Shown here piece after piece: positions 1-11,687 of a DNA stretch of 64,000 bases; positions within the stretch are counted from its first letter, which is position 1; each line of letters starts with the position of its first letter. Source of the DNA: Octopus sinensis (Eukaryota); contig NW_021832602.1 in the NCBI RefSeq assembly GCF_006345805.1, forward strand, positions 230,243 to 294,242, written 5' to 3'. The position numbers and the translations under genes were made by a program. The notes beneath the pieces are model-generated. The model was given only the letters and a program-made list of their open reading frames with translations. It did no database searches and was not told the DNA's origin.

Positions 1-1968
1 AATCATAATCTTCTCCTGGAATCGTCTACCAGTCACACTCACTCAATACATGTGGTTGACAATTTGTAGCAATATTCCAAACAACATGTGGAACACTGCA
101 ATCACGATCGACAACTTCATTTTGTAGGAATTGGAAAATGTCATCGAGTTGGACGAGAGTGACCAAATAGGGTCAATTCCGTAAAAGTAGGGATGCCCTG
201 AAAAGTCGGAAGTGTAGTTGGATTGAGGCAGTTGCCGCCGAGGCTCCAACCACGTGAGTTTGGAGTAATTGGCATAGTTTTGAGGAAGGATGTTATGACC
301 CGAGGCAGACCACGAACTTTGGAAAATATTGAAGGACTTGGAGAAGGCATCATTATACACCAGTCCAGCGTGGATAGAAAAGAGTCCCATCAGCAGAATG
401 ACATATCTCCCCCCAAATAGCATTGTCCATATCCAAATAAGACCATCAGCAAACCTCATCCTTTATTTTACTCTTGGCAAGTTTCTTCTCATTAAGCACA
501 AGTATTGCAGCAAATATAAACATGATTAGTCCGTGGCCAAAATCCCCGAACATGACCCCGAAAAGGAAAGGGAATGTGACCACCGTGAAGAGTGCTGGAC
601 TCATCAACACGGAATACCCGGGTTTACTTCCAGGTAGGTCGAGATCCCATAGGCGTCGACTATGCTTTGGAATGCCGATGTGTATTTATTGGTGGGATTC
701 CACGTAGGCGCTTTCAGGTTGGTTTCCACACGGGTCAGAATTGAGGGGGCAGAACTCCCCGAACGCAACTACAACTCAGCTAGGAGGACAACTGAGGCTT
801 CCACAAGAATACTCTCCACTTTGGGAATGTCCTCCACTGCACACCAACACTCCCCCACGAGGAATCCTTTGCTCACATTGTCACTCAGGTGGTTGAGAAT
901 GTAGTACACGGCCTTCACTCTCCGCACGTGTGTCAACCACTCGTCCAATCGTCCACAGGCCAATTGCAGTAATTGAATTCGGTGGTTTTCTCCCTCTTTA
1001 ATTATCTTTTTTAAATAATTAGTTAATTCGGTAATAAAATTAATTAATAATATACTATATTTAATTCGAGTAGTCTTGTGGTGATACTTTTGAGTTGGGA
1101 AACATGTTCTTGTGGGTCAGATGGCATAGAATACACCGTAGCCCTCATTCTAGGCCATCAAACAAATGTAATACGCCTCACAAATAGCCTTTATTCGCTC
1201 CTGCAGATGCTCTCCTCTGTAAATTACTATAAAAACTAATTTCGGAATCGAATCCCCCTACAAATAAAGAGAAAGCACCCACAGTGACTGGATCAATCAA
1301 TTTCTCAGTAATTTCCCGCGTCTTGAGGATGACATTACCACGGAAAGCCCTCCACAGCAGTCGATGAAGCACGGACACCCGATCTCTACCCACAACCCCG
1401 GAAAGTGTGGATATCATGTCTCCATACCCCTCTCCCTCGTCCACATTCCACATTAAATAATCAATAAACTTCCAAATAAAATTCCCGCGTTTTTATAAGG
1501 ACTTGATTGATTTCCGTCAATTCGACCATGTTTTTTTTGAGGGTTTCCGTGCTGGTGTTGACTCGTTTTAATTCTGTGTAGAGTCTTTGTGCCTCGGCCT
1601 GGAATGACACGTGACTGTCACCTCCATCTCCACCAAACAGTCAGCGTCGAGGACCGAACTCAAATCGTCCTGAGTCTCGAGGATTTCAATCCCTGCAGCC
1701 TGTGCGTTCTTCTCAATATATTCTGATGGTGTAGTGAATAATATTACTTAGTTTTTGTTCTATTTCGTCTGCTCTTTTTAGTTCTCCTACGTATTTCTTG
1801 TCGAGGACATTCCTGTCTACTTGCATCTGGAAATAGATCACATGAGAGTACATCTCTTATCTCCACGATACCCTCCTGTCCTAGTTTGGACACGATTCGG
1901 TAGGCTGCCTCTGTTTGTAGGAATAACTGGCATAATGCCATTTCCTTGCTTCTCAGCATTTCCACCAT
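1..1968 (-). CDS. ATP6V0A: V-type H+-ATPase V0 subunit a, 5' two-thirds (continues past position 1), about 10 mini-introns
   Basis: Spliced translation gives [107 protein letters not shown] and [10 protein letters not shown]. Introns are mostly 22-25 nt, with one of 50 nt. Confidence 0.97.
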
Positions 1969-2727
1969 CTGGTAACCACAAAATACTTTTTTTTATTTAT
2001 TTTTAATTAATTTAAATTAAGTTTTAATCAGTATTAAGTTAAAATTTTTTTCAATTATAATTTATATAAATTATAATCACTTTTCCTCATTTTCCACAGC
2101 GCTTAACCGAGGAAAATGGAGGAGACTCGTTACTAACATTGTTTTGGGTGTTGCACAGGTGAGACTATTTCGGAAGAATTAGAAACGACCCCTGTGAGCT
2201 CAATCGGCTCTTTGAACTTGTCTCAATAGCCGTTCTTAAACGAATAACCAAAAAGTCCGCCCTCTTCTTTATATCAATCAATAATGCCACGTTTGGGTGC
2301 ATTTAACCTTGTTTGACTGTTTGCTTAAAAATATAAACTGTTTATTGGTCAGGTCGGTCATGAACAGTGGAACTGACTTGATCGACTCAGTTTTTACATT
2401 TATCTTGAACAGTTGGAAAAGATAATTTTCACGTATCTCTAGAATCGCTAAATAAATTTTATTTAATTTTCGACTTAATTTTATAAAAAATGTAAGAAGT
2501 AAAAGAAAACCGGCGAGAAAATATCCAATTATTGTTTTTAATTACACTCTGGTGTTTAAAAATAATACTGAAATCATAATCACTAAAATCGTGAAATATG
2601 TGTCAGCAACATATATTTCAAAAAAAACAAACTATTGATAACTACGCTTTGAAAAAAGATAAATAAAATCAAAAATGCCAAAAAATAAATGTTAAACTAA
2701 TTTTAAAGAGTCCCGGATAGTGAACGT

Positions 2728-4133
2728 TTACTCCCGTGTGGTTGTTGTATTCCCGGAATCATTAAGATGGTTTTTGTACGGATAGCTTTTATGTCCATCA
2801 TCTATAATGAAACTTGTCCTGGCTAATGTGGGTACCTTAAAAAAGGGATGGATAATGATGTCACCGATTCCGTTTTGCGAACTACCAAGACGCTTTTTCG
2901 GATTTTTGACAAACAACTAGAATATAAAATTGACATCACTTTTTTCAGAATATCTATTGTTTCACAATTCATTATTTCGGAAAAGTGAAGTTCGAGTAAA
3001 AAATAATCAGGTTCTTTATTAAGTATTGCTTTTATAACAGCATTGTAGTTTTGACCAAAAAATGGAAACTACAAAATAAAAGGTAAAATTAAAAACTCTT
3101 TTAAATAACATTCGGAACAGACAGACCCCAAACATCCAATGATCAATTGTTCTGGTATATTCTTCTTGTCTAGCAACTTCTGGAGCGAAATAGTCCACAA
3201 TTCCCACAATTTCTTTAATTTTTGAATTCATTTTCATGTTTGTTTTGACATTTTCAAAGTTAGCAATTTTAGCGTACCCGTCTGATCCCACAGAAATGTT
3301 TTCCAGTGTTAAGTCTCTGCTAAATTATAAAAACTGACATGCCTGTGCATAATATTATGCTCGTGGAGAAACTCGAGACCCAGCAAAATACAAACAGCGT
3401 AGAATTTTGACAATTGGAATGTCACTGTGGATATCATAGATTCTAAGTTTCCAAATTCAAGATATTCAACGATAATGACCGAAAAATTCTGAAGTTTTTT
3501 AATATATTGGAACCTTTGAGTAAAAATGTGAATGAAGATGGGACAAAAACTTGTTTTGTGACTTTTTTGCTAGAGAAAAAACATAAATTTCGTTTCTTCT
3601 AGCCTCATTCATTGTAATTTTGTGTTTTTCCCGCTCTTCTTCCTTGATGGCATATAATTTCCCATCTTTTTTGTGTTTATGCAAAGATACCTAAATAAAT
3701 TATTATTGTATGTATTTCATACATCTCCGAAGTTTCCCCGTTCCAGCAATCTGATGTATTTAAAGTTATTAATATACATATTTCTAAAAGTAGTGAATAT
3801 TTTATGCTATACTCTTTGAAATAATTTCTACTGATACTGAAATTCGTTTTTGACCAACGTCTTTCAAAAAAAGTTGATTTTTTTCTGTTTAAGAATATAA
3901 AACTGTCTCCCGAATCATAAGATGAATTCAAACAATTATTTGAGCAATTTCCTTTCCCGCAAATGTTACCCTGTAATTATTAAAATAAGTTTTTAACCAT
4001 TCGAATATTCCAATTATCTCGGATCGTCCTATTTATAACAAATCTTCAATGTTATCTGACTAATTATTTTGACAAAAATTATTAATAAATATATTCTATT
4101 ACAATCAGTACACAATTGCTCCTCTACCATTAT
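2728..4133 (-). CDS. PKN/PKC-like AGC kinase with degenerate catalytic motifs (probable pseudokinase); start and end approximate
   Basis: Spliced motifs are [65 protein letters not shown] and KRLGS...HPFF. Introns are 23-32 nt. Confidence 0.8.
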
Positions 4134-5191
4134 GCTAGTAAATTAATTTTGAAAACAATAAAATAAATTAAACTTAGAAAGTTAATATATTACAAAAAAT
4201 GTGAAATTCGGGTTTCTCATGGCGTGATACACTCATTTACTCTTTTTAATCTTCACAAAATACTAGGCGTCCCAGCTTTGAGCAAAACGGCAAATAAAAT
4301 ACACGCAAACCTCTCTAATTTACCATTTCTATGATTTGCTCTCTCCCTTTTATCGAAAAAATGAAATTCTGTTTTTTTCTTATGTTTTTCTATTTTTAAC
4401 ATTTTTCTATTTCTTACTACTTTTTTTCAGGCTTATTTTAATTTTTTATTAATGTTTATTAATTAATTTAATTAATTGCTTAATTAATTTATTAAAAATT
4501 GGACGCAGGTATAATCAAGTGCTTCAAATAGTATTTAAATACATTTTTTGTTATAATCGAACTTTTTTCAAATGATTGCTTAGTTATTTTTTTAATAAGA
4601 TTTTCTTTAGAAAAATCAAACACTGGGATTTTTTCAGAATGTCTAAAACATATGACCGGTACTGTACTATCGAAAACATCAAACAAGGAATTGAGAAAAA
4701 AACATTATTAATTTATTTAACTGTCTTTCCTAAGAATGTTCTCAAATAAAACTTGCTCATCTCAAGAAACTTTGGCGCCTGTGCACCTACCGCTCTAGAG
4801 ATCCGAGGGAATTTATATTCCTTATTCAGAGGATCTCGCTGGCTGTTTTACGCGGGAATTGTCTTTCAATCCTGCGAGCCAGTTCATAATAGCTAGATTT
4901 TTTTTGACGATTTCACATTAACAATTAAATGGTTGTTTTATTTAAATAATTAACAATTACAATAAAAACTTATTTTCTTTATTTTGACTAATAAACCCGT
5001 TGGAAACAAAAAATAGCAAACTAATTAAAAAAACATGACAGTCAAGCTTTAAATCTCGTTTTTTTACCACCTCCTCTTTTTGCCACTATTTTGGTCGGTC
5101 CCCTTGTTGGCAATAAATAGAAAGTTGACTGTAACATTAAACAGCATAAGAGCACACTTGAGACAATCTAAGATCTTATTAGTGTTTAAAC

Positions 5192-5330
5192 CAGTGGTTC
5201 TCAAGTGCGGCCCCGACTTCCAAACTTTCAACTTAATTTAAATATTTTGATGAATTTTATTTTATTTTTTGAGAATGATAAATTTACAATGTTGAATTTA
5301 AAGCAAGTATATGTCAGACAAATAATCATT
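5192..5330 (+). mobile_element. Solitary left end of a Buster-type hAT
   Basis: cagtggttctcaagtgcggccc preceded by gtttaaac. Same TIR family as 16570 and 28392; no right end found. Confidence 0.5.
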
Positions 5331-5599
5331 ATTGTTGCGAAGGCATGAGAATTTTTTAACTAATTAATTTCAAACTAAATCCAGAGCCTTCGAAATGAAC
5401 AGAGAATGGAATTCCACTCACTACGTTACTTTCTTTCTTTTCTTCTCTGGCTTTGTAGACCTCCGAGAAGGTGCAGTCCACCGCCTTTCAAAACAATAAC
5501 AGCAATGAAAAAATTTTTAATTTGTTTCCTGAACCTTTGAAAGATTATTATAATTTCAGAAAAATATTAGGAATGCAAAAGAAAAAATCCGAAACCGGA

Positions 5600-6050
5600 G
5601 GGAAATTAAGTGATTATTTTCGTATCCTTAAAAGAGTGATCATCCGGGTAGAAGATTCGTCAAGGAATTTTGTCCATCAATTTCTGACGATTGATCAAGT
5701 CAAAAGCTCTTGAAATATCGATTTCAAGAATGTTTGTCACATTTTTGAACCTTTGAATAGTGGAACATCACCATCTATAGCTTCAAACAATATCAGAAGT
5801 CCATTTTCATGCACGAAAACCGCTATGGAAAGCAGATATAAATTGTTCCATACAATGATTTATTCTTTGTAGAGTAATACAATTGCCAGCACTTTCCGTA
5901 TGCTATTTATAAGAATTACTGGCCTGAGTTTCTCTAATTTTCCTTTAGCTTTTTTCGGTTTTTAGACAGTGACCAGTATTTTTTGTCTCAGAGACAAATG
6001 GTCGTTTTTTTAAACATTCCATTGAAGAGGTCGGCAATGAGTACATGTAG
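5600..6050 (-). mobile_element. Degraded RTE-like LINE reverse transcriptase fragment
   Basis: Reads KLRPVILINSIRKVLA...SGFR...ILEIDISRAFDLINRQKLM with stops, and parallels the RT at 12646-13104. Confidence 0.7.
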
Positions 6051-6515
6051 ATTTTCATAATTAATAGTTCTGGTCCTAACCTATCTGACACTAGACTATT
6101 ATTGTTTGTGAGCTTAGTGAATGATATTTAAACTTATTTAGGAGTTATTTCCAACTCCGATTTTCTGGGATAGCCAATAAATGCTGCAATTACGTTGATC
6201 TTTAATTTAAACAATTTCTTAGTTTCTTTAATGAATTAAAATAAAGTATCCAACTACTAATGTTTAATGATTAGTTTCTTTAATAAATTCTGATAAATAT
6301 TCCAAATAAGGAAGAAAAGTTAAGACAGTTATTGTAAAGGCGCTTTAAAAATAAGGTCTCCAGTCAGTAGGTTATAATGAGTAACAAATCTTAATTTTTA
6401 CATGTAAACAAAAGAATAGATTTCAAATAATTTGATTAAATTAAATTTAATCTAAATTGAAATTATAAATGCATTATAAATTATTTAAAATAGAACGTGG
6501 TGCTTTGTTGACTTG

Positions 6516-8113
6516 ATGGGCAAGCTAAATCAAACACTAAACAAATATGAACGAAACAAAATTGCAGGTAAAGCCCAAGCTAATAATAAGCTCCTGGTAA
6601 GAAACGTCCCATGAGAGACCCCTCCACTGCCAAACGTCTATTAATGTACACAAAATCGAAACCAATAAGGTAAACCACTAAAAAACAATCTTCAGGGACG
6701 CCAAAGGAAAAATAATCAAGGCAGCCCCCTACCAACAGAAAACGCCAACAGGCACAGTCGCTCGAACCCAGCCCTCTAGAAGCTGGTTCGGTAAGCTTAG
6801 AGAATATATATTGGCAGGCAATACTCGTTATGTCACTCAGGAGGCCCTCCAGACCTTCCAATCTGAGATGGGGACTGCAATGTCTGACCCCTACAAGGTG
6901 GTGTTGAAACAGACTCGACTTCCCATATCTCTCCTCAGGGAGATGGGATCACAAAAGAGAAGTCACATTCTGGACAGAGAAAGCTATTCGGCCACATTTG
7001 GACCAAATTCTCAGAGGAAAAGACCAACCTTGGCAGTGGGGTCCGTGGAGGAATTGTGTGAGTCAGCCAAGAGGAGGGCTGAGACCATCGAGGACACTGT
7101 TGATAGAGAAGAGGACAAGGACGAGTCAGTTCAGGCTGTGACTAAGAAAGGACAGTCTAGGAGGATTTGGAATGAGTTATTCAAGGTCGGCAATACTTAT
7201 AATTTCAGGTGGTTGATTCCTCTGATGTAATTTTGCAAATATTGGATGCCAGGGACCCCCTTGGCACTCGTTCGAGTTATATTGAAAAGTATTTAAAGAA
7301 GGAAAAGCCGTTCAAACATCTCGTTTTTGTCTTAAACAAGTGTGATTTGGTACCCACGTGGGTCACAGTTAGAGTTGTGTGTAGTACTGTTAGAAACGAT
7401 GGGTTACTCATTTGTCTTCCCAGTACCCCACACTGGCCTTTCGAGCCAACATAACCAAGTGTTTTGGCAAGTCGGCTCTCATGCAGTTGTTGCGACAGTT
7501 CGCTAAGGTGGGTGGGATATTAACATGGTAGTTACACAAAAACCGCAAGCAGATTTCTGTCGGGTTGGTGGGATACCCGAATTGCGGAAAGTCTTCGATA
7601 ATCAATGCCTTGTTGGGAAAGAAGGTGTGCAAAGCTGCTCCCATCGCAGGGGAGACTAAGGTCTGGCAGTACGTATCGCTCATGAAGAGAATTTATTTGA
7701 TTGATTCCCCGGGGGTGGTCTATCCATCGGGGGAGTCGGAGACGGATATTATCCTGAAAGGAGTGGTCGTGTGTGTCTGACTCAGGTGTAGGTGAGGGTG
7801 GAGACTCTTGACAATCCCGATTTTTATGCCGAGGAGGTCATTCGGCGAGTGGAGAGAAAGCACCTGGAAAATGCCTATGGGGTACTCGACTGGGATTCCG
7901 AAAGCGACTTTATTGAGAAATTGGCCAATAAGACTGGAAAGTTGATTAAGGTTTGTAATCGGGAATATTCAGAAAGGGGAGCCCGACATTAATTGTGTGG
8001 CCAAGATGATATTAAATGATTGGATTAGGGGTAAATTACCTTACTTTGCACATCCTCCAAATCGTGAAGTTGTTTCCCCCACTCCGGTCGTACAAGAAGT
8101 GATTGAAAATTAA
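6516..8113 (+). CDS. GNL2: Nucleolar GTP-binding protein 2 (NOG2), 8 mini-introns of 22-27 nt
   Basis: Motifs [65 protein letters not shown] (G1), LIDSPG (G3) and [11 protein letters not shown]; ends in TAA at 8111-8113. Confidence 0.97.
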
Positions 8114-8409
8114 TGTTTTTTTATTTTTATTAAACATTCTATGAAACCTGATTTCTTGATACCTATATACTAACACAATATATGGTTGGGTTTTAAAATC
8201 TGCCTTTTATATAACGTCTTGATAGGGAAACCTCGACCGAGAGCTATAGACACGTTGTAGATATAAACAAACTTTCATAATTTCGTATTGAGAGTTTCTG
8301 TCCACTTTTAGGACAAATTTGTGTTAGTTAGATGGGTTCTTTTAATCCTTTTATTCTTTATTGTCCTTGAAGTCTATTTCTGTTGTTTTAATTTTTTTTG
8401 TTTATTAAA

Positions 8410-8625
8410 ATCCTATAAACAATGGATTCGTCGTCCATATTGCGAACGACAACAAGGAGTTGAATTCTTTTTGTAATATCTGAGCTTTCATCCACATGAA
8501 GCGCAAAAAATTCAATTTTTTTATTTGCCGAACCAAACTGCTTTCGACCTCATCAGACATATACATGATCCGTCTGCTGACCGAAGTATTTGAAATAGGT
8601 AATAAATTGAAGAGTGTCTATCTAT
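8410..8625 (-). mobile_element. Buster-type hAT transposase remnant
   Basis: LPISNTSVSRRIMYMSDEVE...FFALHVDESSDITKRIQLLVVVR. Confidence 0.65.
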
Positions 8626-8894
8626 TCCAGGTATTTACGAAAAGGTATCATGTTCTCGGACAGCTGATAGTGAGTATATGAACATTAATGGAAATGTTCA
8701 TAAAGAAACAACCACTTATTAGCCCTAGTTATCATCATTAAAATGATCACCTAAATGCAGTATCAAACATTGATCGCATTCATCCTAAGTAGAAGAAGAA
8801 ACTCGATTCTGCAAACAGAGAAATAAAAAAAATTACAAGCACACGCATAAGTAGGTAACATCTATAAAGTCATACAGTCGGAATTCGTTATGAG

Positions 8895-10128
8895 TAGGGC
8901 AACATAAGTCAATAAAGTCAACTTCAATCCAGAGTTAGACTTAAGTCTAAAAATAATGATTAAATTAAAATAAAGTCAAAAAAATGTTTATATAAAAAGT
9001 TCTTTAGGTCAATTTGGTCAGCTTTTTAGATTTTCAGGTCAATTTTTTTAATTAGGTCAATTTTTAAATAAAAATTTGAATACTATTATTTAAATCATCA
9101 AAATAAATTTAAAATAGTCGCAGTGACATTTGTCTCTTATTGTAACAAATTTTAAACTAAATTATAGTGTACTTATGCCTAAAAATAAACCTTCGGATTT
9201 TAAAAAAGCTAAAAATATTTGTGAAAAATATCCTAAAGAGTTTACAATTACACCAAATGGAATGCTTTTTTGTAAATTATGTGAGTTACATGTGACATGC
9301 AAGAAACAATTTTTTGTGAACAAACACAGGGAAATACAGAAACACTCTTCCCGAACAAATAATATATCCACAAATAAAAAACAATTGAATATTGTTCCTC
9401 CAAATTATGTCTTCAGAAATTTTGCAACAGACGTAACAGAAGCATTTGTATCCGCAAACATTCCGCTCTATAAATTGAGAAATTAAAGCTGTTTCTTACT
9501 ATGCTACAAACCTGCCAAATGTTATTCAAGTATGCACTTCCTTAGAAGGAAATTTTTTGCTCATTAAAAGAGCGAAAGAATGTTTATTTAATGAACAACT
9601 TCATGAAGATCTAACAACGATAATATCACAATATTCACCTTTATTACATTTGCTTGATGATTTAGAATCGACCATTTTACTATAAAAAAAGCATTCAATT
9701 ATTTGAAAACATTGGATTTTAAGAGACGTGTGTGGAATAAAAAATTATATTATCAAAAGGATGAATTCCAATGATATCACAAAAATTATGAATTTCGATG
9801 ATCATTCCATTTCACCTTTAGATTATTCTTTGTTGATGAATGTCAGGCAACATATTGCGCAGTAGAACGATCATCTTCGATTCTTAACAAAATCTTAACC
9901 AAGGATAGGAATTTTAAAGTGGATAATGTAAAATATTACTTAATTGTAAATAACTCGATAAACGATGAATAAAATTACTTTAAATTTTCATAAACGTAGT
10001 TTATATATGAAAATAAAGTAGTATTTTTACGGTCAATTATTTGGTCAATTTTTAAAATTTTAAGGTCAATTAAATTGACTTTTTAAGGGCAATTTTTATT
10101 TTTTTAAGTCAATAAAAATGTTGCTCTA
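8895..10128 (+). mobile_element. CGGBP-like hAT element, internally deleted
   Basis: TIRs tagggcaacat/atgttgctcta and 8-bp TSD gttatgag (8887-8894, 10129-10136). BED-like LFCKLC...KH and EAFVSANIPLYKL; C-terminal CAVERSFS remnant. Confidence 0.85.
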
Positions 10129-10209
10129 GTTATGAGCCATACTTCGAAGATGTTATGAGCCACCTAAAAATTGCTAAAAACTAAATAGTTTTCAATATAT
10201 TTGATTTAT

Positions 10210-11400
10210 GCATTCTCCCCCCTCCCCCCAACTCGAGGTCGGTGTCCGAAATGGCTGCTCATTCGATTCGTTAATGAATGGAATCGTCCGAGGAGTTTAT
10301 CATAATTAAACTCGACGTTTCGAACACAGCCGGAGTGCTGTCGCGAACTGGTTTCCTTCCTACATCTTTTCGTGGATCTCTCATATGCTTCCCAAGCATC
10401 CTTATGTTCAACGATTTTCCTATCTCTTCGTCCATCTGGGTCCACCAGGGTGATCCCCTGAGCCCCCTACTTTTTGCTTTGGGCGTTAATCGTATCGCCC
10501 ACTCTGTCGGATCCCCTATTAACATTTGGTACCCGGATGTCGCAACCATTTGTGGTTCTCCCAATGTTGTTTTCACGACCTCCGCTCTATTTTCCCTTCC
10601 CTCTCGGACATCGGCCTATCTATAAATGCAGACAAATCCAAAATTGTGAACATTCATCCCAATCCAAGTATGTCATCGCCGCAATTTCCATATACCAATT
10701 GTTCTTTCAGACGTCCAAATTACATTGTCTGGAAAAATCTTAAACTTATCCAAAATGATCGAGAAGCTTAGAGACATCGAACCCCATGTGGCTCTTTTTC
10801 TCTTTCGAAACCACTTTTCCGTTCCCAAGATCCTTTACACGTTAAGATGTGCACCATGTTTTCACAGAGATCACCTTCTTTCCTACTCTGACAATATCAT
10901 CAGGCTCGGCACGCGCTCATTTTGAAATCTGGCCTTTTACGATCCCGGCTGGACTCAGGCATTTTTACCTGTGGGCTGGGGCGACCTTGGCATGAGATCC
11001 TATTCCTATCTGGCCCTTTCAGCGTTCCTATCCGTTCACCCTGCTTCTTGTTCTCTCTCAGACATCGTTCTCAGGAACCTTCCCGAACGGAAATTGTCTA
11101 AAGATTACTCGGCTGCTTGTGGTCGGTTGGAACCTTGGTTTGGTTCGAGGCTGCTCAATTCTCCATTCATCCAACGGCAGTGGGACGAGATCGTTTGTCA
11201 GCCGACTTTCGAAGACCTGGCTTCTGTTTCTAATCAACACTGACTCGTTTGCTTCCATGCAGGTTGCTGTCAAAGCAGCGGTATTTGGCTAAAGACTCTC
11301 CCTCTCCTCTCCATCGGATTAGTCCTTTCAACATTTCGTGTAGTAGTCATCGATTGAATTCGAATGGGATTGTTTCTTACCGACTTTGACATTTTCAACT
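10210..11400 (+). mobile_element. Degraded CRE-like (RLE-type) non-LTR retrotransposon RT region
   Basis: QGDPLSPLLFALG...NIWYPD, LRCAPC and GWTQAFLPVGWGDLGMR, with frameshifts. Confidence 0.75.
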
Positions 11401-11519
11401 TTAACTGCTTGTTTTTTTATCGCTTTGTTTGATAAATAGCTTCCGCGCAATGCAGGACTGTCCCTTGAAATTTTCAATCAAAAATTTTACCAAACATTTT
11501 GATCCATCTAAAAGTTGGA

Positions 11520-11687
11520 AGTCAATAGACATCATCATTCAAGCTTTAATCCCCTTTTTTTCTATTATCCTTCTCGGGTATTTGGCTGGCAGCTTCAAAA
11601 TTTTGGCAATGGTCAAAGTGATTGTTTAACCTGCCATTGCTTTCCTTTTATTATTATTAGCACTGTCATAGGAACATAATGTAATTT
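11520..11687 (+). pseudogene. AEC/PIN-like (auxin efflux carrier family) transporter, N-terminal remnant
   Basis: IIIQALIPFFSIILLGYLAG matches the AEC first-helix pattern (LLPxFxIIxLGYxAG). A possible C-terminal remnant lies at 14692-14870. Confidence 0.5.
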
